Below are positions 20,001 to 27,015 of a DNA stretch of 64,000 nt, piece after piece. How positions within the stretch are numbered: position 1 is the first letter of the stretch; every line of letters begins with the position of its first letter. The stretch is from Gemmatimonadota bacterium (lineage in GTDB: Bacteria > 4572-55 > J002), in assembly GCA_003697105.1 (NCBI GenBank), contig RFFQ01000012.1:5434-69433 (forward strand). Direction: 5' to 3'. Below the pieces are notes generated by a model, which searched no databases, had not been told where the DNA came from, and saw only the letters and a program-made list of their open reading frames with translations. Made by a program: the position numbers and the translations under genes.

Positions 20001-20161
20001 TTTAGGAACGTCCGGCGCGTCACCGGGTCGGTCATTTCAGAAGCCCCTTCGGGGAATTCCCGTTCCGTAAATTGGCGAAACTCCGGTGAATCCGCTAATT
20101 GATCCAAACTTCGCCAGTACTGTTTTCCGTTCTTTCCATCTATCGATGACATATCGAACAA
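17069..20161 (-). CDS. actB: Alternative Complex III subunit ActB (molybdopterin-oxidoreductase-like domain fused to a 4Fe-4S ferredoxin domain)
   Basis: 1030 aa with a Tat signal ('TRRTFLKLMGASAALAGLTGC') and Fe-S motifs 'CVGCNACTIAC', 'CHHCENAPCEQVCP', 'CVGTRYCLDNCP' and 'CQQACP'. The start could instead be M4 (20152). Confidence 0.92.
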   Translation of the reverse strand: MFDMSSIDGKNGKQYWRSLDQLADSPEFRQFTEREFPEGASEMTDPVTRRTFLKLMGASAALAGLTGCRRPVEKIIPYVVQPEEVIPGIPNYYATAMPFGTGAYGLVVENHEGRPTKIEGNPKHPSSLGGSNAFMQAQILGLYDPDRSQRVLHKGVSKKWSDFTAAWRELYPKFVENQGKGLAILSESFASPTMARLKAEFEAMFPQAVWATYEPVTDETLFEGIEIATGQAYQPRYHFDKADVVLSVDADFTLMESENVVNARGFIAGRRLKTEHDPMNRLYMVESMYTATGAVADHRLRLQSSQIGAFVAALAQELQAQGVPVSLDAIPVDGTAHFDKKWLEALAKDLAHAPGKCLIVAGRRQSPAVHAMVFALNTALGNIGQTVDYYPFQDVERPRLSSFTDLLAKIGNQDVNTLVMLGGNPVYDAPADMDMTRALKSLQHSIHLSSHVNETSKLAEWHLPQTHFLEAWGDVRAVDGTLSVVQPMIAPLFGAKSAIEVLSLLITGKDGRGYDLVRATWLPRLGELDFEQHWRKVLHEGVLENSAATPVVPGLNSESIRAYLQDHPIVVKSGMEIVFYASPATFDGRFANNGWLQELPDSMTKLTWDNAALMSATTAKELGVENENWVELSYRGKRLKMPVWVMPGMADKSVAVALGYGREAAGRVGDRVGFNTYRLRTSQALHFDQGLSVTKLPGTYEMACTQDHHGMDTEKLAADQIQKRLPMLIREMTLSDYQHHPDQIKRIKEHDRQIAKSLWKEPSYDEGYQWGMVIDLNACVGCNACTIACQSENNIPVVGKTEVRRGREMHWIRIDRYFTGNPEKPDDAEMVYQPVACHHCENAPCEQVCPFAATMHDKEGLNVMVYNRCVGTRYCLDNCPYKVRRFNFFNYTKATPEIVKMGMNPDVTVRFRGVMEKCTYCTQRINYTRIKVKNEFRNGTRPDQHIHDGEVVSACQQACPTQAITFGNINDPQSQVTQMKAINRDYEMLAELNIKPRTSYLAKVRNPNPELEPVAVPPTTDDDHSGGSHH

Positions 20162-20793
20162 TCCTCTCCTGGAGCAATATTCTTTTCTTTCTTTAAGCGG
20201 GCAGCAATTTCAAGTTGATTTGCTGGGGGTTGCCACGTCATGTCCGTGACGGAGGTGGTGTTTAAATCCCGTAAGTGCATATCGGGATTCCGGTGACAAT
20301 CCAGACACCACGCCATACTCAAGGGTTCAACTTGGGTGACTTTCACCATCTGATCCACGCGCCCATGACAACTGGAACATCCGACCCCCGCCTGAAGGTG
20401 AGCACTATGATCAAAATAGACATAATCCGCGAGATTATGTACTCGTACCCACTCAATGGGATTCCCGGAATTCCAACTTTCCCGCACCGGCAGCAATTTT
20501 TCGCTTTCCGGTAAGATCAGGGTGTGACAATTCATACAGGTTTGGGTGGGAGGAACATTGGCTTCTTGCGAAACCTCGACGTTCGTATGGCAATACCGGC
20601 AATCCATGCCCAAATCACCTGCATGTAACTTGTGACTATACGGCACCGGTTGCTCTGGGCGATACCCCACATCAGTGTACGCCGGCGAAAAATAGTAGGC
20701 GTACACTATCGCCGCGCCGGTTGAACCAAAAACCAACACGAAGATTAAAACCAACGGAATTTTATTTGTCCACTTGGGAAATGTTTGTGCCAT
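20140..20793 (-). CDS. actA: Alternative Complex III subunit ActA (pentahaem cytochrome c)
   Basis: 217 aa with an N-terminal TM segment and five CxxCH motifs (CRYCH, CMNCH, CSSCH, CLDCH, CSICH). Confidence 0.9.
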   Translation of the reverse strand: MAQTFPKWTNKIPLVLIFVLVFGSTGAAIVYAYYFSPAYTDVGYRPEQPVPYSHKLHAGDLGMDCRYCHTNVEVSQEANVPPTQTCMNCHTLILPESEKLLPVRESWNSGNPIEWVRVHNLADYVYFDHSAHLQAGVGCSSCHGRVDQMVKVTQVEPLSMAWCLDCHRNPDMHLRDLNTTSVTDMTWQPPANQLEIAARLKKEKNIAPGEDCSICHR

Positions 20794-20839
20794 ATATCTG
20801 TAATCCTCTAAAGACGGAAGCTTACTTAGAGCTTAGAGC

Positions 20840-21700
20840 TTAAATAATTCCTTCCACAGCAATCGTGATAAAAAGGGCAAACAAATACACGATGGAATAA
20901 CCAAATAACCCCCGCAACCGCTGTGGAGATGAATCGTTCCGAACATCAAACGCTTTTTTAACAAACAGACCACCTAAAATAAGAGAAACCGCCAAATACA
21001 AAAACCCAAATTCGACGGTTAATAGCGACATGGTAATCGCAAACAACATTAACGAATAATAAAATATCTGATTTAACGTTGCCGCATCCCCTTGAGCCAC
21101 CGGTAACATTGGGTAGCCAACTTTTACGTAATCATCTTTACAAAACATGGCCAACGACCAAAAATGTGGCGGTGTCCAGAAAAAGATAATCGCAAATAAA
21201 ATCCACGGGGTAATGCTAAAGGAACCCGTTGCTGCCGTCCAAGCACCCACCGGAGCCATCGCCCCGGCAACCCCTCCAATAACGATATTTTGATCCGTAT
21301 TCGGCTTCAACCACAACGTGTAAAAAAAACCATAAAAAATAATGGTACTTAGGGCTAAGCCGGCAGTCAACCAATTAAAATAAAACCCAAATAAGAGCGT
21401 TCCCGCCGTACCGATTAGAATCGAAAAGGTAAGCGCCTGATAGGGGGTGAGTTTACCTTGGGGTAACGGGCGGCGTTTGCTGGTGCGGGACATTTGGGCA
21501 TCCACATCTCGCTCAAAGTATTGATTGAGAGCGTTGGCACACCCTCCGGTTAAATATAAACCCAGCAATACTAAAAAAAAGCGGAACGGGTCCGATAAAA
21601 GACTCCCCTCGACAATGAGAGACGTCGCCCCTGTCACAACCACCAACAACATAATGGATGGTTTCGTTAAATTCAGATAATCTCGAAGATGTAAATTCAT
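20840..21700 (-). CDS. ctaB: Protohaem IX farnesyltransferase (haem O synthase)
   Basis: UbiA-family motifs 'NALNQYFERDVDAQMSRTSKRPLP' and 'FFWTPPHFWSLA'. I set the start at MNLHLRDYLNLTKP (ATG 21700); the track's 32-codon extension is probably leader. Confidence 0.9.
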   Translation of the reverse strand: MNLHLRDYLNLTKPSIMLLVVVTGATSLIVEGSLLSDPFRFFLVLLGLYLTGGCANALNQYFERDVDAQMSRTSKRRPLPQGKLTPYQALTFSILIGTAGTLLFGFYFNWLTAGLALSTIIFYGFFYTLWLKPNTDQNIVIGGVAGAMAPVGAWTAATGSFSITPWILFAIIFFWTPPHFWSLAMFCKDDYVKVGYPMLPVAQGDAATLNQIFYYSLMLFAITMSLLTVEFGFLYLAVSLILGGLFVKKAFDVRNDSSPQRLRGLFGYSIVYLFALFITIAVEGII

Positions 21701-21740
21701 TGAATTGTATTGTGAAGAGTGGGATGATTTTGTGAGAATA

Positions 21741-21758
21741 TTGTGAAAAAGATCACAA
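21741..21758. promoter_or_regulatory. Perfect CRP/FNR-family palindrome TTGTGA-N6-TCACAA upstream of ctaB and the respiratory block
   Basis: The sequence is 'TTGTGAAAAAGATCACAA', 41-58 nt upstream of the ctaB ATG. An additional TGTGA half-site lies at 21731..21735. Confidence 0.5.
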
Positions 21759-21841
21759 ACGAGGCTGAAAATATGGACGCCTTTAGACTTTGTCAATATT
21801 TAATTTGCAAGATACTGTATAAAAATGAGGTACCTAAATTA

Positions 21842-22360
21842 TCAGGACAAAAAGCGCAACAACGATTGTACCAACTGTTCAATCTTACTCCGCACTTTCT
21901 CATCCACCAACACGCCCTCTTGAAAACTGGCAGAACTGGTATATACCGTCGGTTGTACCGACATTACATTGACCTCAAACGAAAGTACTTTCATTAACTC
22001 CGCCGAGGCAAGATAAGAACCTTGACCCCCTGCCGTACACACAATTCCGGCAAATTTATCCCGCATAGCACCGGTGGTAATATCCAAAAAATTCTTTAAC
22101 ACCCCCGAAAACGAGTATTGATAAACCGGCATCCCCAACACATAGGCATCAGCCGATTCCAAAACGGCATAAGCATGTTGCATATCCTGATTATACGCCG
22201 ATAATGGACGCCCATCACAAAATTCAAGATCAAGATGCCGGAGATCCAGTATTTCGGTCTCAATCCCATGCGACACCAATAACGTTGCGATGTGCTCCAA
22301 TACGATAGCGGTTTTAGAATCCTTCCCTAAACTCCCCTGAACAAGTACAACTTTGGACAT
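21842..22360 (-). CDS. NAD(P)H-dependent FMN reductase family oxidoreductase
   Basis: 'MSKVVLVQGSLGKDSKT...' is a flavodoxin-like fold, with 'DAYVLGMPVYQYSFSGVLKNFLD'. I set the start at ATG 22360; the upstream part of the track ORF is unlikely to be coding. Confidence 0.8.
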   Translation of the reverse strand: MSKVVLVQGSLGKDSKTAIVLEHIATLLVSHGIETEILDLRHLDLEFCDGRPLSAYNQDMQHAYAVLESADAYVLGMPVYQYSFSGVLKNFLDITTGAMRDKFAGIVCTAGGQGSYLASAELMKVLSFEVNVMSVQPTVYTSSASFQEGVLVDEKVRSKIEQLVQSLLRFLS

Positions 22361-22503
22361 CGTGATAAAAACTCCTACGCGATAAATAGAGTATGGTTTC
22401 CAATCCCCACGGCTGGGGGAGAGAATACAATGAACATGACCGAAAATCAATGACAAAGATGACCCAACCCCGTCCAAATTCCGGCAAGATATTATGAAAG
22501 TGG

Positions 22504-22532
22504 TTGACAGTCCTGATTCCATTTCCTAAATT
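22504..22532 (+). promoter_or_regulatory. Sigma70-like promoter candidate for proS
   Basis: TTGACA (22504..22509), a 17-nt spacer and TAAATT (22527..22532). Confidence 0.4.
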
Positions 22533-22593
22533 GCGTGAATATGGACAAAACTCAATTCTGAAGGACTCGTTTTAATTTAAGGAGTGAAATATA

Positions 22594-24078
22594 GTGGCAA
22601 AACGTAACATCACCAAACGAAGTGAGAACTATTCACAATGGTATTTGGATATTATTCGAGAGGCACAGTTAGCAGAGAATGCACCGGTGCGGGGTTGCAT
22701 GGTCATTCGCCCCAACGGTTTTGCAATCTGGGAAAAGATGCAACGAACCCTGGATGATATGTTCAAAGCCACCGGTCACGTCAATGCCTATTTTCCCCTC
22801 TTCATCCCCAAATCCTACCTCAGTAAAGAAGCCCAGCACGTGGAAGGATTCGCCAAAGAATGTGCGATCATCACCCACTATCGCCTGAAAAACGCCGAGG
22901 ACGGCAACGGCGTGATGGTTGACCCCACCGCAAAATTGGAAGAGGAACTCATCGTCCGCCCAACCTCTGAAACAATGATCTGGAGTGTGTACAAAAACTG
23001 GATTCAATCCTACCGCGACCTCCCTATCCTGATCAATCAATGGGCAAATGTAGTCCGGTGGGAAATGCGCACTCGCCTCTTTTTGCGTACCGCCGAATTC
23101 CTGTGGCAAGAGGGTCACACGGCACATCGCACCTACGAGGAAGCGGAAGAAGAAACCCTTCGTATGTTGAATGTCTATCGTACGTTTGCAGAAGATTACA
23201 TGGCAATGCCGGTCTTTACCGGACGAAAAACCGAAGGTGAAAAATTCGCCGGAGCCGAGCATACCTACACCATCGAAGCGATGATGCAAGACCGCAAAGC
23301 ATTGCAAGCCGGTACGTCACACAATTTAGGTCAGAATTTTGCCAAAGCATTTGATGTAAAATTCCAAGATAGTGATGGCGATGTAAAATATGTGTGGGCA
23401 ACCAGTTGGGGGCTTTCCACCCGCATGATTGGGGCATTAATTATGACCCATAGCGATGATCGGGGACTGGTACTCCCCCCCAAATTGGCAAGCCAGCAAG
23501 TGGTCATCGTCCCCATCTGGAGATCCGATGATGAAAAAGCGATGGTCTTAAACTACGCGGAAAGAATTGAACACGAAATTCGTGAGAGCGGTATCACCGT
23601 CCATTTAGATGATCGGGATGGTTACACCCCGGGCTGGAAATTCAACGAATGGGAAGTCCGGGGAATCCCAGTACGCTTGGAAATCGGTCCCCGCGATGTC
23701 CAAGGCAAAAATGCGATGGTCGCCCGCCGCGATATGGAGGGTAAAGCCGCCAAACAAATCGTACCACGCGATGCGATCCAAGCACAAGTGAACCAAATCC
23801 TGAAAGATATGCAAAATAACTTGTTTGAAAAAGCCCGTGCGTTCCGGGATCAACATACCTACGACTTGAAAACGTATGGCGATATGAAAGAATTACTGGA
23901 AGGTGAAGGTGGATTTGCCCGTGTGTGGTGGAATGGCACTCCCGAGGATGAGGAAAAATTGAAAGAAATCAAAGCCAGTGTTCGCTGCATTCTGCCAAAC
24001 CCAGCAGGCGAAAAAGGGGCGTGTATTCTCACCGGCAAAGAAACCGACCAACGCGTGATTATCAGTAAAGCGTACTAA
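22594..24078 (+). CDS. proS: Proline--tRNA ligase (archaeal/eukaryote-like class II type)
   Basis: 494 aa with '[32 protein letters not shown]', 'RPTSETMI', '[10 protein letters not shown]' and '[14 protein letters not shown]'. It has a GTG start with AAGGAG upstream. Confidence 0.93.
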   Translation: MAKRNITKRSENYSQWYLDIIREAQLAENAPVRGCMVIRPNGFAIWEKMQRTLDDMFKATGHVNAYFPLFIPKSYLSKEAQHVEGFAKECAIITHYRLKNAEDGNGVMVDPTAKLEEELIVRPTSETMIWSVYKNWIQSYRDLPILINQWANVVRWEMRTRLFLRTAEFLWQEGHTAHRTYEEAEEETLRMLNVYRTFAEDYMAMPVFTGRKTEGEKFAGAEHTYTIEAMMQDRKALQAGTSHNLGQNFAKAFDVKFQDSDGDVKYVWATSWGLSTRMIGALIMTHSDDRGLVLPPKLASQQVVIVPIWRSDDEKAMVLNYAERIEHEIRESGITVHLDDRDGYTPGWKFNEWEVRGIPVRLEIGPRDVQGKNAMVARRDMEGKAAKQIVPRDAIQAQVNQILKDMQNNLFEKARAFRDQHTYDLKTYGDMKELLEGEGGFARVWWNGTPEDEEKLKEIKASVRCILPNPAGEKGACILTGKETDQRVIISKAY

Positions 24079-24085
24079 CAGCGTC

Positions 24086-24111
24086 AAGCCTCGCTTCGGC
24101 GAGGCTTTTTT
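24086..24111 (+). terminator. Intrinsic terminator after proS
   Basis: AGCCTCGC-TTCG-GCGAGGCT followed by TTTTTT. Confidence 0.8.
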
Positions 24112-24131
24112 AGAGGGAAGGGAGACAATTC

Positions 24132-24671
24132 ATGCACGGAATTATTTTCGTAAAGTTGAAAAAGTACGTCGAGGAAAAACTCGGAAAACCAGCATGGAAA
24201 CAATTACAAGAACACGCCGGTCTCAAAAATAAAATCTATATGCCGATTAAAGTGTATCCCGATGAAGAGATGTTCGCCCTCATTTCAAGTGCCGTTGAGC
24301 TTACCCGCCAACCGCTCCCCGATATTTTGGAAGATTTCGGGAAATACGTTGTACCGGACCTGGTGAAGATGTACAAATCCTTGATTAAACCCGAGTGGAA
24401 AACACTTGATCTGCTAGAACACGTGGAAAACACCATCCATAAAGTGGTGCGAATTACCAACCCGAATTCCACACCACCGCAACTGATCTGTCACCGTGTG
24501 AATCCCCGAGAAGTCCAAATCATCTATTCATCGGCGCGGAAAATGTGTCCCTTCGCACGGGGTATTATCCAGGGTATTGCAGATTTATATCACGAGCCAA
24601 TCCGTATCACAGAACATCAATGTATGCTCTCCGGGGCGGAAAGTTGCCATATCCACGTGACATTAGTCTAA
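24132..24671 (+). CDS. Stand-alone H-NOX (haem NO/O2-binding) domain protein
   Basis: 179 aa. 'MHGIIFVKLKKYV' is an HNOB-type N-terminus. A proximal His candidate sits in 'VENTIHKVV', followed by 'STPP' and the Y-x-S-x-R haem-propionate motif 'IYSSAR'. Confidence 0.82.
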   Translation: MHGIIFVKLKKYVEEKLGKPAWKQLQEHAGLKNKIYMPIKVYPDEEMFALISSAVELTRQPLPDILEDFGKYVVPDLVKMYKSLIKPEWKTLDLLEHVENTIHKVVRITNPNSTPPQLICHRVNPREVQIIYSSARKMCPFARGIIQGIADLYHEPIRITEHQCMLSGAESCHIHVTLV

Positions 24672-25430
24672 CCGCCGGGCATGAATGAAAAACCGGTGCA
24701 AGGTTACATCCAGATAGCCATCCCGCTCAATCCGGTTGTGAATTTCACCCAACGGCTCCCAGTAGGCCTCCACCGAAAAATCTGGAACTTGCCACGGAAC
24801 TGCCTTGAGATAGTAGATAATCGCCCCAATATCATAAAAACGGGTGCGGGTAAAATCCGTCTGGGTTTGCTCGACCCAGAATCCCACGTTACCCAGCGCC
24901 CGGGCTGCCGTATCCACAAACCAATTTGCCTCTCCTCCGGTCGGTGAAGGCGCCCCTAACAACAGATTTAGCTCAATGTCGTTGTTCTCCCCAACTTGTT
25001 GGGTGATGAATTCACCCCCCGGCTTTAAAATTCGATACACTTCTGAGGGCGCATACCATTCATGCCGGTTGATCACCAATTCAAATTGTTGGTCGGAAAA
25101 GGGGAGCGGAGAACCTTCCTCAACGGGTATCACTTCAACGCCGAGTGGACTCAATCGGCGCCGGGCAATCGGGACATTGGGCGGGTAAGCTTCTGTGGCG
25201 TAGGTCTGGGCAGGTAAAGGTTGTAATGAGGCTAAAAATTCACCCCCACCGGTACCCATATCCAGTAACGAGGCAACCTGCCGAATTTTGGGCAAAATAC
25301 GGCTTTTGTAACCCCACGCTACCGGCATTTCGACCATCCGCCCCGCCAGATAAGAAAAATCCCATCCCGCAAATGATGAGGTTTCAGCTTCCTTTAGCCA
25401 AAACTCAAACAATGCTCGATTCTTTATCAT
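24663..25430 (-). CDS. Class I SAM-dependent methyltransferase
   Basis: 255 aa with SAM motif I ('LLDMGTGGGEFL') and 'ILKPGGEFI'. Confidence 0.8.
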   Translation of the reverse strand: MIKNRALFEFWLKEAETSSFAGWDFSYLAGRMVEMPVAWGYKSRILPKIRQVASLLDMGTGGGEFLASLQPLPAQTYATEAYPPNVPIARRRLSPLGVEVIPVEEGSPLPFSDQQFELVINRHEWYAPSEVYRILKPGGEFITQQVGENNDIELNLLLGAPSPTGGEANWFVDTAARALGNVGFWVEQTQTDFTRTRFYDIGAIIYYLKAVPWQVPDFSVEAYWEPLGEIHNRIERDGYLDVTLHRFFIHARRLD

Positions 25431-25436
25431 GGGGAA

Positions 25437-25997
25437 TCAAACCTGCGAATAACGGAAACAATCGATGGTGTGGTCATTGACCATACCGGTGGCTTGCATG
25501 AAGGCATAACAGATGGTTGATCCGACAAAGGAAAAGCCTCGTTTTTTGAGGTCTTTACTCATGGCATCGGATTGTGGTGTGGTGGTGGGCACGTCAGCGA
25601 GCGTATGCCATTGATTTTGGATCGGGTTGCCGCCCACAAATTGCCAGATGTACCGGTCAAAACTCCCAAATTCATCTTGTACCCGCAAAAAGGCACTGGC
25701 ATTTTGGATCGCCGCCTTGATTTTCAATCGATTGCGTACAATACCCGGATTTGCGAGCAACTCTGCCACTTTGACGTCATCATACCGGGACACTTTTTCG
25801 GGGTCAAACTGGTCAAACGCTTGGCGGTAATTATCTCGTTTTTTCAGAATGGTGAACCAACTGAGACCCGCCTGCGCCCCCTCTAAAATCAAAAATTCAA
25901 ATAACAGGTGGTCATCATGGAGCGGCACACCCCACTCCTGATCATGATATGCTACATACAGTGGATTATCCGGCGGCACCCAAGTACAACGGATCAT
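25437..25997 (-). CDS. tag: DNA-3-methyladenine glycosylase I
   Basis: 186 aa with 'YHDQEWGVPLHDD..LFEFLILEGAQAGLSW' and 'VGSTICYAFMQATGMVNDH'. Confidence 0.92.
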   Translation of the reverse strand: MIRCTWVPPDNPLYVAYHDQEWGVPLHDDHLLFEFLILEGAQAGLSWFTILKKRDNYRQAFDQFDPEKVSRYDDVKVAELLANPGIVRNRLKIKAAIQNASAFLRVQDEFGSFDRYIWQFVGGNPIQNQWHTLADVPTTTPQSDAMSKDLKKRGFSFVGSTICYAFMQATGMVNDHTIDCFRYSQV

Positions 25998-26992
25998 ACG
26001 TTCTCCCGTTCTTGAATCAACCGTTTAACCGTCTCATACAACTCACTCAGGTCAAACGGTTTCGTGAAAAAAGCATCAAACTGCCAGCGATCTTGCTCAT
26101 TTTGCAACACTTCATTTTCAAACTTCGCCGTAATCATCACTACGGGCAAATCGGTGCTGATCTGCTTGCGAATGGTACCCACCAGCCCAAACCCATCCAA
26201 TTCAGGCATCATGGCGTCACAGATCACCAAATCGACATGGTGGGCAGGGTCTCGTAAAACATCCAACGCTTCCCGCCCATTGACCGCCGTGAGTACGCTA
26301 AAACCGGTCTTTTTGAGCTTGAGTTCGATCATGTGGCGCACCAATTCCTCATCATCGACAATAAGGACTGTTTTCCGGCGCGGTTCCAACCCCTCAAATA
26401 AATCAAGAACTTCCCGGACATATTCTTGCACCAGTTTAACCAGCGGAGACAATTCAGAACGGGCTTCTGTCGACAGCGTTTTTGAGATATTCCGTAAGTT
26501 CTGCTGAACATCCTGACCGAGTTTCTCGATCTCCAGATAGGCTTGATCGATCCGGTCTTGTCGCTCCTGAAGTCGATCTGTTAGGCGTTGATTTTCCTCC
26601 TTCAACGCTTTGATTTTCATTGAGCGGCGTAATAGAAACCGAATCTGCGTTAAGAGTTGGTCGGGCTGGAAAATATCAGTCAGATAAGCATCTGCGCCAA
26701 TTTCGTACCCGTGCGCGAGGTCATCCCGTCCAGAACGGAGCGCTGAAAACATGATCACCGGAAGGTCTTCCGTCTCTGGATTCTGGCGGATGCGGCGGCA
26801 TACTTCAAAACCGTCCATTTCCGGCATGACTACATCCAATACGACCAAGTCTGGATGTTCGGTGTTAATTTTTTCGATGGCAGATTTCCCGTCATATGCC
26901 TTGATCACCTCATAATCTGTCTCTTTTTTCAGCGTTTGTCCCAATAATTGCAATAAATGGGGGGTGTCATTGACAATTAATATCCGTGCCAT
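25994..26992 (-). CDS. Response regulator with two receiver domains joined by a coiled coil and no output domain
   Basis: REC1 covers aa 1-120 ('ILIVNDTP', 'LVVLDVVMPEMDG'). A coiled coil follows ('KALKEENQRLTDRLQERQDRIDQAYLEIEKL'). REC2 has 'VLIVDDEE', 'LVICDAMMPELDG' and 'FFTKPF'. The stop overlaps the tag start (ATGA). Confidence 0.88.
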   Translation of the reverse strand: MARILIVNDTPHLLQLLGQTLKKETDYEVIKAYDGKSAIEKINTEHPDLVVLDVVMPEMDGFEVCRRIRQNPETEDLPVIMFSALRSGRDDLAHGYEIGADAYLTDIFQPDQLLTQIRFLLRRSMKIKALKEENQRLTDRLQERQDRIDQAYLEIEKLGQDVQQNLRNISKTLSTEARSELSPLVKLVQEYVREVLDLFEGLEPRRKTVLIVDDEELVRHMIELKLKKTGFSVLTAVNGREALDVLRDPAHHVDLVICDAMMPELDGFGLVGTIRKQISTDLPVVMITAKFENEVLQNEQDRWQFDAFFTKPFDLSELYETVKRLIQERENV

Positions 26993-27015
26993 CGATGGAT
27001 ACCCTCACGTTAAAG

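Noticed and set aside
21701-21796. N-terminal extensions of track ORFs (ctaB 21701..21796, FMN reductase 22361..22522, ABC 28936..28989, rseP 30358..30444, M48 30499..30579, ABM 31482..31553, POT 51444..51512, trxB 48328..48357)
   Set aside because: In each case an internal ATG or TTG with a good AAGGAG/GGAG SD matches the usual family N-terminus. The extension covers promoter, terminator or leader sequence instead.
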